DNA of 64,000 nucleotides from an uncultured bacterium (GTDB lineage Bacteria; Cyanobacteriota; Vampirovibrionia; Gastranaerophilales; Gastranaerophilaceae): NCBI GenBank assembly GCA_947073645.1, contig CAMTMK010000009.1, positions 812 to 64,811 of the forward strand, read 5' to 3'. Shown piece by piece: positions 10,290 to 19,790 of this stretch (position 1 is its first letter; each line of letters starts with the position of its first letter). The notes under the pieces were generated by a model. It saw only the letters and a program-made list of their open reading frames with translations, ran no database searches and was not told where the DNA came from. The position numbers and the translations under genes were made by a program.

Positions 10290-10829
10290 ATGGAAAATTT
10301 TAAAAACCATATGAAACCCTTCGGGATAATAAAAAAAACAATAGAAAAAGACCCGATGGCGCCAAAATATATCAAACCTGACGGTACAAAAGTTATTGAA
10401 CAGGAAAACGATTTTGGTCTTACTGTTTATGAAATGTGTCCTGATTGCACCCTGATTTCAAGAACTTATGACAAACAAGACAGGCTTTTTGTTGATTATA
10501 TACGTCGCAGAAACCTTGAAATCGGTCACAGGTATGATGAATACGGCAATATAGTTTATGAATTTAACTCACTTTATGATGAGCATAATGTTCTCGCCCG
10601 CAAGACAGAAATCGAATTTGAATATTATGATAATGGTGTAAAATCCCGTGAGTATAAAATAATCAGTGATTCTCAAATTCAAACAGAATATTTATATGAT
10701 GAACAGGGGAACCGCACAGCAAAGATTGAATATCGCGGAGCAGTGAAAACATATTTTGATGAAAATGATAAACCGTTCAAACGTGAAATTGACCGCGGTT
10801 CAGGCGGAATTATCACAGAAGAATTGTAA
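10290..10829 (+). CDS. Hypothetical protein with YD/MORN-like beta-hairpin repeats
   Basis: YDKQDR, YDEYGN, YYDNGVK, YDEQGNR, FDENDK repeats. Confidence 0.6.
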   Translation: MENFKNHMKPFGIIKKTIEKDPMAPKYIKPDGTKVIEQENDFGLTVYEMCPDCTLISRTYDKQDRLFVDYIRRRNLEIGHRYDEYGNIVYEFNSLYDEHNVLARKTEIEFEYYDNGVKSREYKIISDSQIQTEYLYDEQGNRTAKIEYRGAVKTYFDENDKPFKREIDRGSGGIITEEL

Positions 10830-10831
10830 TA

Positions 10832-10859
10832 AAAAAAAGAGCCAGTCGGCTCTTTTTTT
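10832..10859. terminator. Bidirectional intrinsic terminator
   Basis: AAAAAAAGAGCC-AGTC-GGCTCTTTTTTT between convergent genes. Confidence 0.8.
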
Positions 10860-11910
10860 AAATATTCATTGCTCTTAAAATATCTGTCATATCTGCTGAT
10901 GTTTTTTTGATATCTGAGTTTGCAAATTTAATTGCATTATCAGGGTCTTTCAAGCCGTTTCCTGTTAAAATACAAACGATTTTTGAACCTTCTTTGATTT
11001 GGTCTTTAACCTTAATCAAACCTGCAACAGATGCAGCGCTTGCGGGTTCTGCAAACACCCCTTCTGTTGATGCAATAAGTTTGTATGCGCTAACAATTTC
11101 ATCATCGGTTACAAAGTTTATTATACCGTTGCTTTCGTCGCGAGCTTGTTCTGCAAACTGCCAGCTTGCAGGGTTTCCGATGCGGATTGCAGTTGCAAGG
11201 GTTTCGGGTTTATAAATTCTTTCACCTTTCACAATAGCCGCAGCTCCTTCTGCTTCAAAGCCCATCATTTTAGGCAGGGCAGGAATTTTGCCAAGTTTGT
11301 GGAATTCTTTATAACCTTTCCAGTATGCTGTGATATTTCCGGCATTTCCGACAGGGATAAAGTGATAATCCGGAGCTTGTCCGAGTGCATTACAAATCTC
11401 AAACGCACCTGTTTTTTGACCCTCAATTCTGTATGGGTTAACAGAGTTTACAAGGGTAATCGGATAGTTGTCGGAAATTTTTCTAACCATTTCCAGAGCT
11501 TCGTCAAAATTGCCTTGAATTGCAATAATTTCAGCCCCATACATCATAGCTTGAGAAAGTTTACCAAGTGCAATGTAGCCGTCAGGGATTAATACAAAAG
11601 TTCTCATTCCTGCTTTTGCACCGTATGCAGCGGCTGATGCTGATGTGTTGCCTGTTGATGCACAAATTATTGCGCCTGAACCTGCTTCTTTTGCTTTTGA
11701 AACAGCCATTGTCATTCCACGGTCTTTAAAGCTTCCTGTAGGGTTACAGCCTTCAAATTTTAAATAAATTTCTGCTTCCACTCCGATTTTTTTAGCTAAA
11801 TTTTCACATTTGATTAAAGGTGTGTTACCCTCATTTAAAGTTACAACCGGAGTATTATCGGATACCGGTAAATACTCTCTGAATGTGTTTATTAATCCTT
11901 GATAGTACAT
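10858..11910 (-). CDS. thrC: Threonine synthase
   Basis: [13 protein letters not shown] (PLP lysine), [25 protein letters not shown]. Confidence 0.96.
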   Translation of the reverse strand: MYYQGLINTFREYLPVSDNTPVVTLNEGNTPLIKCENLAKKIGVEAEIYLKFEGCNPTGSFKDRGMTMAVSKAKEAGSGAIICASTGNTSASAAAYGAKAGMRTFVLIPDGYIALGKLSQAMMYGAEIIAIQGNFDEALEMVRKISDNYPITLVNSVNPYRIEGQKTGAFEICNALGQAPDYHFIPVGNAGNITAYWKGYKEFHKLGKIPALPKMMGFEAEGAAAIVKGERIYKPETLATAIRIGNPASWQFAEQARDESNGIINFVTDDEIVSAYKLIASTEGVFAEPASAASVAGLIKVKDQIKEGSKIVCILTGNGLKDPDNAIKFANSDIKKTSADMTDILRAMNI

Positions 11911-11956
11911 TTTTTTAACCCTCTCTTTAGGATTAATACTACCACAGAATTAAAAA

Positions 11957-12883
11957 TTAACCAAGAGCTGTCATTTCTTGTTCTTTTCTGTCTAGTCTTG
12001 TTTGTATTGTGTCAAATGAAATATGATCTGTACCGTTAGCTAATGAGTCTTTTCCGTCATTTGCATAGAAAAATTCTCTCTTTTTTGCATTACTGCTGTT
12101 TGCAGATACAAGTATGTGATTTGGATCATTCATTGCATCTTTTACGTATGCAGGAGTGAAATTCATTGCATAAAGTATTGCGCCTGAAATTTTTGATGGT
12201 GGATTTTTACCGAATACCATTTTAACCTGATCGGCAAGTATGCGTTCATAATCATCTAATTGTTCAATTGCAGATTTGTTTTTGAATACATTCATATCTA
12301 TTCCGTAACTGTCTGCAGTACTTTTAATAAGCCCAAAAATCCCGCCCGCAGATGTTGGATTAAGTCCGCCCTCAGAGAACATCATAACAAGCATTGCATC
12401 AGGGTCTGCATTGTATTTGTTTGCAATACCGACAAGTTTTTGAACAAATGCTTGTTTATCACCAACGTGTTTTAATGCATTGTTATATTTGTTTACAAGT
12501 TTACTAACTGTCGCTTGGTTGTATGTGTAATTTCCATTATCACTTGAAGGTGTTGATGTTCTGAAAGTTAAAGAACCAAATTGTCCACCAAATAACGGCA
12601 TATTCAGTGAAAAATTATTTTTAAACAATTGTAAATAATCTAATTGTGGAAGAGATGAGAACGGATTAATTGTCGATGTATTCCACGGTAAGTTTAAAGT
12701 GGGTGCTTGCGGGAACGGCATTGGAATACTGCTTGTAGGCAGATTGATTGATGGTGCTTGCGGAAATGGCATTGGTACACCAATGGGTATCGGCATTGCA
12801 TTTGCCGGTGCTGGTTGTAATGGTATCGGTTGCGTAATTTGTGAAAAATCCGCAATCGGAAGTTGTAATTTCCCAATAGTCAC
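11957..12883 (-). CDS. Pro-rich N-terminus plus lysozyme/transglycosylase-like domain
   Basis: PMPFPQAP repeated twice; DPDAMLVMMFSEGG...FGLI...EQLDDY resembles lysozyme-like folds. Confidence 0.55.
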   Translation of the reverse strand: MTIGKLQLPIADFSQITQPIPLQPAPANAMPIPIGVPMPFPQAPSINLPTSSIPMPFPQAPTLNLPWNTSTINPFSSLPQLDYLQLFKNNFSLNMPLFGGQFGSLTFRTSTPSSDNGNYTYNQATVSKLVNKYNNALKHVGDKQAFVQKLVGIANKYNADPDAMLVMMFSEGGLNPTSAGGIFGLIKSTADSYGIDMNVFKNKSAIEQLDDYERILADQVKMVFGKNPPSKISGAILYAMNFTPAYVKDAMNDPNHILVSANSSNAKKREFFYANDGKDSLANGTDHISFDTIQTRLDRKEQEMTALG

Positions 12884-12952
12884 TCTTATATTTCCCCTGT
12901 TATATATATAAAGTATTTTAAGAGGAAATAATTGACTTCATGTTAAAAAATA

Positions 12953-13177
12953 TTAAAAAGAGAAATCAAATAAATCTTTAAGTTCCACATTAAGAGCATC
13001 TGCCAGAATATGCATTGTTTTAATGGTTACATTTGCTTCACCGCGTTCTATTTGTCCGATATAGTTAAAATTCATATCAACAATTTCAGCAAGCTTCATT
13101 TGCGAAAGCTTTTGAGATTTTCTTATATAAGCAAGTTTTGCCCCAAAGCGCTTTTCCAGCTCAAAATTTTTTTCCAT
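12953..13177 (-). CDS. XRE-family HTH transcriptional regulator
   Basis: RKSQKLSQMKLAEIVDMNFNYIGQIERGEANVT. Confidence 0.92.
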   Translation of the reverse strand: MEKNFELEKRFGAKLAYIRKSQKLSQMKLAEIVDMNFNYIGQIERGEANVTIKTMHILADALNVELKDLFDFSF

Positions 13178-13353
13178 AATAACTATTATAGTTTTTGTGT
13201 CAGCAAATATCTAATGTGCATTAATCTATATTTACCAGTTATTAACTGTTAAAATATGTAACAAATATTTTATAAAATGCAAATTTTTGTTTAAAAATAA
13301 CGTTTATTAACATGTAAATACTGTTTATTAACCATTAAGAAAGGAGTATAATA

Positions 13354-13854
13354 ATGTATTTTGATGGCCCACAAGTGCAAGGCGGTATGCCTCCGATGGA
13401 TCCGAATGCTTATGCACAAAGATATGCAACAGAAAACGGAATTAGTTTGAATGAAGCAAAAAATCAGTTAAGAGCTAAGTTTGGTGATCCTGCAAAACCA
13501 AATTCTACTTTTGCACCTGAACCGAATAATATGCCAAAAGGTGCGATAGGACCTGTGTTTAATTATCAAGTTGACGGAGGTGCTTTTACTTATAATCCTG
13601 CCGATTTGGAAGGTGCAACACCAATGCAATTAGCCGGTTTTGTCAGATATGGAATGCAAGAAACAGGTTTGTCTGAGAAAGAATTTGCACAAATGATTGG
13701 ACTTCCGAATAAAGAACAACCTGACGATAATCTTGCAAAGCAAAAGTTAAAAGAGCTTGGTATCCCTGATAGTGTAATCCAAAAGGGTGACAAAGCTATT
13801 AGAAAATATGCAGAGCAAAATGGTATTGAATTACCGCCAAAAGAACGCAAGTAA
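13354..13854 (+). CDS. Hypothetical protein
   Basis: 166-aa ORF with AAGGAG RBS. Confidence 0.7.
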   Translation: MYFDGPQVQGGMPPMDPNAYAQRYATENGISLNEAKNQLRAKFGDPAKPNSTFAPEPNNMPKGAIGPVFNYQVDGGAFTYNPADLEGATPMQLAGFVRYGMQETGLSEKEFAQMIGLPNKEQPDDNLAKQKLKELGIPDSVIQKGDKAIRKYAEQNGIELPPKERK

Positions 13855-13872
13855 TATAAATGGAGAGTATAA

Positions 13873-14295
13873 ATGTCTGAAAATCTAGAAAAACAACTAT
13901 TAAATCCACATGAGGATTTTGAAAGACCACCTATGCCATTATCACCTGACGGTCAGCCGTTAGAACCGCCGCCCGGAGATCAGTTATTGCCAAATACATT
14001 TTGGGATAGGGCTTCAGTTGGTTCATTTACAGAATTCACGGATTTACCCGGATACAAGAATGTAACTGCAGGTGTTGGTTTAAACTTACCTTTTCCAAGT
14101 GATAGCACCAAAGTTACCGCAGGAGTTGAAGCTCGTGCAAGTATATTTAGCACTCATAAAGGTGCACAAATAACAAAAGGTATTTTACCGTCACTCAGAG
14201 TTACCCAAGATTTGGGTAAAAATGCTCAACTTATGGCTCGAATATCACCTTCGCCAAACGAGTACGTAAAAATTGGAGTTCAGTTTAATTTTTAA
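13873..14295 (+). CDS. Hypothetical protein, beta-strand-rich C-terminal half ending in Phe
   Basis: GGAG RBS; amphipathic strands; ends YVKIGVQFNF. Confidence 0.65.
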   Translation: MSENLEKQLLNPHEDFERPPMPLSPDGQPLEPPPGDQLLPNTFWDRASVGSFTEFTDLPGYKNVTAGVGLNLPFPSDSTKVTAGVEARASIFSTHKGAQITKGILPSLRVTQDLGKNAQLMARISPSPNEYVKIGVQFNF

Positions 14296-15560
14296 ACTTG
14301 AACTCTAATCAAGCTGTTAACTTTGTTTCCGTCTTGTTCAATCAGTTTAATCGCATTTTGCATTGATGCTTCTGATGCAATTTCAGTGATTACGGTAATT
14401 TCTGCTGTGTTGTCGTCAGAAATGCGTTTTTGAACAATACTTGCAAGACTTATGCCGTTTTCCGCGCAAATTGTTCCGATTTTGCCGATTACACCCATGT
14501 TATTTCTTGCCGTAATTGACAGGTAATATTTGTTTTCAGTTTGTGAAATATCAATCATCTTGGCATCACAATTATCTTTGCATCTCATCATTGGTAAAAT
14601 GTAATCAGATTTACCGAGTTCTGCACAAATTGCCAAAATGTCGCCGACAACAGAACTTGCAGTCGGAAACTCTCCCGCTCCGGGGCCTGAAAGTGTGATA
14701 CTTCCTACAGGGTGACCGCTAAGGTGAACCGCATTGGTTACATAATCAATATGTGCAAGAGTTGTTTTTTTAGAAACAAGCATCGGATGAACTCTGACAT
14801 CCGCATTGCCTTCCTCATCGATTTTTCCTGATGCAATAAGTTTGATTTTGTATCCCAAATCGTTTGCAGCTTTCATATCTGCTGAACGAATTTTTGTGAT
14901 ACCTTCTCTATAAATATTTTCGATTTTAATTCTTTTATGGAAAGTAATAGTTGCAAGAGTTGCAATCTTGTATGCCGCATCAAAACCTTCAACATCACCT
15001 GTCGGGTCGGCTTCGGCATAACCCAATTCCTGCGCTTCTTTTAAAACATCTTCATAAGATGCGCCGTCAACGTCCATTTTTGTCAAAATGTAGTTTGTTG
15101 TACCGTTTACGATTGCTTCAATTTTGTTGATTTTGTTACCTGCAAGAATTGTTTTGATTGGCATAATCAAAGGAATTCCGCCTGCAATTGCTGCTTCATA
15201 CAAGACTACTTTATTATGTTTTTCCGCTATTGCAAAAAGTTCTTCTCCGCGTTTTGCAAGAAGTTCTTTGTTTGCAGTTACGATATGTTTGCCGTTTTCT
15301 ATTGCAGTTTTAATCAAATCAAATGCAGGGTCTAATCCGCCGACCAATTCTGCGACAATATCAATTTCAGGGTCGTTGACTACATCATACGGGTTGTCTG
15401 TCAAAATTGAATTATCAAGCCCTTCAATATTTCGCGGTTTGTTGATATTTCTTACCGCAATTTTTACTACTTCAACATAATCAAAGTTTTTTAAAGTTTT
15501 AAATACGCCGGAACCAACAGTTCCAAGCCCTATAAGTCCGATTTTAATTTTCTTTTCCAT
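14292..15560 (-). CDS. hom: Homoserine dehydrogenase with C-terminal ACT domain
   Basis: GLGTVGSG, VTANK, EAAIAGGIP, NGTTNYIL, GYAEADPTGDVEGFD, GPGAG. Confidence 0.96.
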   Translation of the reverse strand: MEKKIKIGLIGLGTVGSGVFKTLKNFDYVEVVKIAVRNINKPRNIEGLDNSILTDNPYDVVNDPEIDIVAELVGGLDPAFDLIKTAIENGKHIVTANKELLAKRGEELFAIAEKHNKVVLYEAAIAGGIPLIMPIKTILAGNKINKIEAIVNGTTNYILTKMDVDGASYEDVLKEAQELGYAEADPTGDVEGFDAAYKIATLATITFHKRIKIENIYREGITKIRSADMKAANDLGYKIKLIASGKIDEEGNADVRVHPMLVSKKTTLAHIDYVTNAVHLSGHPVGSITLSGPGAGEFPTASSVVGDILAICAELGKSDYILPMMRCKDNCDAKMIDISQTENKYYLSITARNNMGVIGKIGTICAENGISLASIVQKRISDDNTAEITVITEIASEASMQNAIKLIEQDGNKVNSLIRVQV

Positions 15561-15567
15561 AAAGGAA

Positions 15568-15846
15568 TTATATCATAAAAAATTTTTTGACAGAATTTAA
15601 AATATCGGAAATTAATTTTGCTAAAGAGAAGTTTTCTTCGTGCATTTCAGGTTCTTTGTCAAAGCTGAAAATATCTTTTTCCTGTTGTTTCATAAAAATA
15701 TTTTCATCCAAATATTTTTTTTCTTCTTCTTTTTTCTTTCTGCCTTGTGACATATAACCTAAGTTACCGCCGCCGCCGTCATTTTGCATAGATGCGGCTG
15801 CTTTGATTACAGGCTTTGTGCTCAAAACGTTTACATCGAAACTCAT
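15568..15846 (-). CDS. Hypothetical protein
   Basis: 92-aa ORF, NDGGGGNLGYM. Confidence 0.65.
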   Translation of the reverse strand: MSFDVNVLSTKPVIKAAASMQNDGGGGNLGYMSQGRKKKEEEKKYLDENIFMKQQEKDIFSFDKEPEMHEENFSLAKLISDILNSVKKFFMI

Positions 15847-15934
15847 GACTTTAATCCTTATATTTTTCCCTTATATATATAAAGTATATTCCATGAAGAA
15901 ATGTTACAATTTTGAGGGTTTTGTAAAGAAAAAT

Positions 15935-16525
15935 TTACAATTCGTTAAACCTTATAATACTCTGACATTTGAACCCAATTTCATATAAATCGCGTTTGCG
16001 CACCGCTGACATTATATCAGGTCGAAACTCGGGAGTATTCGGGGTTAGAATGAATTCTACAATATTATTTTCTTCATCATAGTTAAGGTGAATTTTTTTT
16101 ACAAGGTTTAGATGTCCTCTATCCAGCCCGTCTGAGATTTTTAGGATGCCTGCAAGTTTTTTTACGATTTTTCGTTCTTTTTTATCGAGTGTGTTATAAA
16201 TTTCGTGTTCGTTTTTATCAGGAAGCCCTCCTCTGTGATAACGGCAGATACAGCCGATAATTTTTTCTTCCTGAGATGTAAACCCTGCAAGTCCATGTTC
16301 AATAACCATTTCCATGCTGTGTTTGTTGTGACCTTTGGAATCTTTATAATAGCCGATGTCATGCAAAAGTGCGCCTGCTTCCAGATATGTGCGGAATTTA
16401 TCAGGCATTTCGCAAATCTTTTCGCATGTTTCGTCAAAAATCATCATCGCCAATCTTCTTACTTCCAACGGGTGCGATGAGCTTTTTGAAAATTTGTTAA
16501 GCATCTCTTGTGCAGACAGTTTCAT
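15935..16525 (-). CDS. Stand-alone HD domain protein resembling the Ppx/GppA C-terminal domain
   Basis: H..EVRRLA, LLHDIG, HNKHS, CRYHR, LKISDGLD; ATG at 16525 preferred over TTG 16546. Confidence 0.8.
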   Translation of the reverse strand: MKLSAQEMLNKFSKSSSHPLEVRRLAMMIFDETCEKICEMPDKFRTYLEAGALLHDIGYYKDSKGHNKHSMEMVIEHGLAGFTSQEEKIIGCICRYHRGGLPDKNEHEIYNTLDKKERKIVKKLAGILKISDGLDRGHLNLVKKIHLNYDEENNIVEFILTPNTPEFRPDIMSAVRKRDLYEIGFKCQSIIRFNEL

Positions 16526-16587
16526 AGTTACCGTTAATTTTAGCAAAAAAATGGATTGAACACAATATTTTTGTTATTATAGAAATT

Positions 16588-17235
16588 ATGGAAACTAATT
16601 TTGAAATCCCGTCTGATGTATTGGATGAAATCCAGAACAATATCCAAAATATTATTGAAGGCTTTGATATTCCTGAAGCCAATAAAATGGATGTTATAAA
16701 AAAGATTAATTTTATGTACACACAGACAAAACAAATGTCTTTAACAGATGCACTTACAGGACTTTTTAACCGCAGACATTTTGAAATGGAGTTTGAACGA
16801 GAATATAAACGTGCAAAGCGTTATATTAATGATTTAAGCCTTGCAATAATTGATATTGATTTTTTCAAAAAGATTAATGATACGTATGGGCATTCCTGCG
16901 GAGATTATGTATTAAAAGAATGTGCTTATTTGATGGCGCAGAATTTCCGCCAGACAGATACTGTATTCAGGTACGGCGGAGAAGAATTCACGGTAATTTT
17001 GACAGAAACACCCGCATCTACTGCTTGTGTACCATTAGAAAGACTTCGAAGATTATTTGAAAATCATCAGTTCAAATTTAACGGCGAGATTTTCAAGGTT
17101 ACTTTGAGTATAGGCGTAAGTTCAAATACAAGTTTTGACACATATATTGAGATGTTTGATGATGCCGATAAGGCTGTGTATGATGCGAAAAACAGCGGTC
17201 GTAATATGGTCAGACAGGCAATAGAAAAAAATTAA
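16588..17235 (+). CDS. Diguanylate cyclase (GGDEF domain)
   Basis: DALTGLFNRR, DIDFFKKINDTYGH, RQTD I-site, RYGGEEF. Confidence 0.93.
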   Translation: METNFEIPSDVLDEIQNNIQNIIEGFDIPEANKMDVIKKINFMYTQTKQMSLTDALTGLFNRRHFEMEFEREYKRAKRYINDLSLAIIDIDFFKKINDTYGHSCGDYVLKECAYLMAQNFRQTDTVFRYGGEEFTVILTETPASTACVPLERLRRLFENHQFKFNGEIFKVTLSIGVSSNTSFDTYIEMFDDADKAVYDAKNSGRNMVRQAIEKN

Positions 17236-17256
17236 GTTAAAAGGTAGGATTTAATT

Positions 17257-17604
17257 ATGATTAAAAATATTTGCAAATTATTGGTTATGGTATTTATGTT
17301 GACAGGTGTGGTTTCGGCAGAGGAATATACACAGGTTCGTGCAGAACACATTCTTGTAAAAACAGCTGTTGAAGCTCAGCAGATTAAAAAAGAGATTGAT
17401 AATGGCGGAGATTTTGAATATTATGCAAGAGTATATTCAATGTGTCCGTCAGGGAGAAACGGCGGAGATTTGGGGTATTTTGGACGCGGACAAATGGTAA
17501 AAGAGTTTGAAAAAACGGCGTTTAATCTTCCTGTAGGTCAGGTTTCAAACCCTGTATACAGTCAATTTGGCTGGCATCTGATAAAAGTGTTGGATAAGAG
17601 ATAA
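17257..17604 (+). CDS. Exported parvulin-type peptidyl-prolyl isomerase
   Basis: Signal peptide; HILV, S.CPSGRNGGDLGYF, QMVKEFE, SQFGWHLI. Confidence 0.92.
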   Translation: MIKNICKLLVMVFMLTGVVSAEEYTQVRAEHILVKTAVEAQQIKKEIDNGGDFEYYARVYSMCPSGRNGGDLGYFGRGQMVKEFEKTAFNLPVGQVSNPVYSQFGWHLIKVLDKR

Positions 17605-17729
17605 TTTTAATAATATTGACTTAATTTAGGTTTAATGTTAGGCTTATCCTTGAGGGTAAGCCTAAATAATTATCCTGCTTTCAGGTCACGAACTTAAAAT
17701 TTGTTGAAACTTTGAAAGGGAGTGATAAA

Positions 17730-17795
17730 GTGATTGTAAATACAGAAGAACTAGTAATAATCTTCTTGGTATTACTAGTTCTAAAACAATCATAG
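17730..17795 (+). CDS. 21-aa hydrophobic peptide, candidate type I toxin (Ibs-like)
   Basis: GGGAG RBS 7 nt upstream of GTG; MIVNTEELVIIFLVLLVLKQS*; downstream hairpin and T-tract. Confidence 0.5.
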   Translation: MIVNTEELVIIFLVLLVLKQS

Positions 17796-17839
17796 GGGGC
17801 TTTTAAAGTGCGGACTGCAATCCGCACGCCCTTATTTTT

Positions 17840-17867
17840 ATTATAACTCGTTTTACAAAAATTTCAA
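17840..17867 (-). promoter_or_regulatory. Sigma70-like promoter pointing antisense across the small peptide ORF
   Basis: Minus strand TTGAAA-16 nt-TATAAT. Confidence 0.55.
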
Positions 17868-17899
17868 GTGTTGGAACTTATACTTGTGCGGTCTTTTTA

Positions 17900-18241
17900 T
17901 TATTTCTGTTCTTCTACAGGTGGTTGTTGAGCTTGTTGCAATTTTTGTAATTTCTTTTGAAGTTTAATCATTTTTTTAATTGCTCGAGCTTCACCTACAG
18001 GTTTGTTAAATTCTTCAGGGTTAATTGTTGCCATTTTTTCCCAACAGCCCGGTACGTTTGATTTATCATTACAGATGCAGTTTCTCCAAGTTTCACCTGT
18101 TTTTTTATCAACAAGGATTGTCAACATATTTGGTGCTGTTACAACTTCGTATCTGTCTTTTGATGATTTAACTCCGATTTCTGCAAATGTTGCACCCAAA
18201 ATTAAAACCAATAATGCTGCGATTACAATATTTTCTCTCAT
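17900..18241 (-). CDS. Hypothetical exported protein
   Basis: N-terminal hydrophobic segment; GGAG RBS; three Cys. Confidence 0.7.
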   Translation of the reverse strand: MRENIVIAALLVLILGATFAEIGVKSSKDRYEVVTAPNMLTILVDKKTGETWRNCICNDKSNVPGCWEKMATINPEEFNKPVGEARAIKKMIKLQKKLQKLQQAQQPPVEEQK

Positions 18242-18361
18242 AAAAACTCTCCTTTACACGCTTTATTATACATGTATTTTGTATTTTAATCAATAGATTA
18301 TACTTACGGGGAATGAAAAGATGTTCATAAAATTTTAAAATTGGATAGAAAGGAAGGCATT

Positions 18362-18709
18362 ATGATTTTACTTTTAAGATGGATACTTTTCACTTTAGCC
18401 ATTATGTTTGTGGCTTGGCTTGTTCCTGGTATCGGGGTAGAAAATTTTCAAAGTGCAATGTTGGTTACTGTAATAATGGCGCTTATAAATATTTTTATAA
18501 GACCGTTGATTGTGTTTATTACTTTGCCGATTAATATTTTAACACTGGGTATTTTTACACTCGTTATCAATGCACTTTTATTTATGCTTGCAGGATATCT
18601 AGCTCCGGGATTTTTTGTGGACGGATTTTTATCTGCATTCCTTGGCTCGATTGTTCTATCATTCTTGGGACTTGTTATCAATATGGTTACTGTGCACAAT
18701 GCAGAATAA
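18362..18709 (+). CDS. Four-TM membrane protein, YvlD/phage holin superfamily IV-like
   Basis: NIFIRPLIVFITLPINILTLGIFTLVINA; ATG 18362 after GGAAGG. Confidence 0.85.
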   Translation: MILLLRWILFTLAIMFVAWLVPGIGVENFQSAMLVTVIMALINIFIRPLIVFITLPINILTLGIFTLVINALLFMLAGYLAPGFFVDGFLSAFLGSIVLSFLGLVINMVTVHNAE

Positions 18710-18735
18710 AAAAAGCTCCTTTCGGAGCTTTTTTT
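18708..18735. terminator. Bidirectional intrinsic terminator
   Basis: AAAAAGCTCC-TTTC-GGAGCTTTTTTT. Confidence 0.8.
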
Positions 18736-19054
18736 ATATCTTGATTACGAAGAATTTACTGTCTTTTAAGGCGACAACTTTGTGTTGTTTATCTTTTTTA
18801 AACAGTAAAATTTCACCTTTATCAACTTTAAATTTTTCAGCATCAAAATGTATTTCGATTTCACCGTCAATAACATAAACTGCAGCATCGCAAGTTGAGG
18901 TGTGTGTGTCAATAATTTCATTTTTCTTTAGTGCAATGAGATTAAGACTGCTTTCATTGTTTGATAGTAAAATTTCTTTTTCAAATTCGGTATCTTTTAA
19001 ATCTACAATATCTTTTGCTTTTAAAACATTAAAAAACATATTATCTCCTTTCAT
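18734..19054 (-). CDS. Cupin domain protein
   Basis: HTSTCDAAVYVIDGE...H.V.A. Confidence 0.85.
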   Translation of the reverse strand: MKGDNMFFNVLKAKDIVDLKDTEFEKEILLSNNESSLNLIALKKNEIIDTHTSTCDAAVYVIDGEIEIHFDAEKFKVDKGEILLFKKDKQHKVVALKDSKFFVIKI

Positions 19055-19160
19055 TATATTAGTAAAACTCTCTTAGTAAATTTTTACATTCTACAGTGCG
19101 GTTAATATTTTTGCTGTAAAATATTTGTGAGAGAAGTATATTTTTTTTTATGGAGGAATT

Positions 19161-19580
19161 ATGATTAGTATTTTAGGAAATTTAGTTGGTTTTTTAATTT
19201 TTATCGGTTTTATTTATTTGATTATCAATAGTATGAAAACTCATCCGGAAGCGTTTGAACTTGAAGAAGGTGAAGAAATTCAAGAACTGGTTAAGGGCGA
19301 TTATTGGGTTAAAGAAATATTATGGCAGGAAAAACAAAATTCCGGCGAATTAGCTTTTACTAATAAACGAGTAATATTCAAAGGTATGTTTTTAAATTCA
19401 GCAGATAAATTTGTAAGTATTCCGTATACTGAAATTTTATCAATTGAAAAAACTTTTGTAGGATTATTTTTCCCTGTAGCATTAAAGATTACAACAAAAG
19501 ATAATCAGACTTATAAATTTGCGGTAATGAAACGTGATAAATATATTAATTTAATGCAGCAAATGGCACAAAATAATTAA
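19161..19580 (+). CDS. Membrane-anchored GRAM/PH-like domain protein
   Basis: N-terminal TM; GELAFTNKRVIF, IPYTEI. Confidence 0.65.
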   Translation: MISILGNLVGFLIFIGFIYLIINSMKTHPEAFELEEGEEIQELVKGDYWVKEILWQEKQNSGELAFTNKRVIFKGMFLNSADKFVSIPYTEILSIEKTFVGLFFPVALKITTKDNQTYKFAVMKRDKYINLMQQMAQNN

Positions 19581-19659
19581 GATGAAATAAAATCGGCACT
19601 CAGCTCCATTCTTGGCTCGCTTGTTCCGAACGCAAAAGGCATTCAAATCTATACTCAAA

Positions 19660-19704
19660 TATATGAAAAGAGGACTAGGATTAACCTGTCCTCTTTTCAT
19701 ATAC
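19660..19704. repeat. Inverted repeat with 16-bp arms
   Basis: TATATGAAAAGAGGAC / GTCCTCTTTTCATATA. Confidence 0.8.
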
Positions 19705-19790
19705 CTCAGAGTTGACGAGTTCAGAACTTGGCTGCTTGAAAATGTGGCTTAAGTTTTTATGATATTATTAGACATAGCAGGTAATCTTTT

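Noticed and set aside
18341-18709. Holin as evidence of a prophage
   Set aside because: Superfamily IV/YvlD-like four-TM proteins are common chromosomal genes; there are no structural or lysis neighbours.
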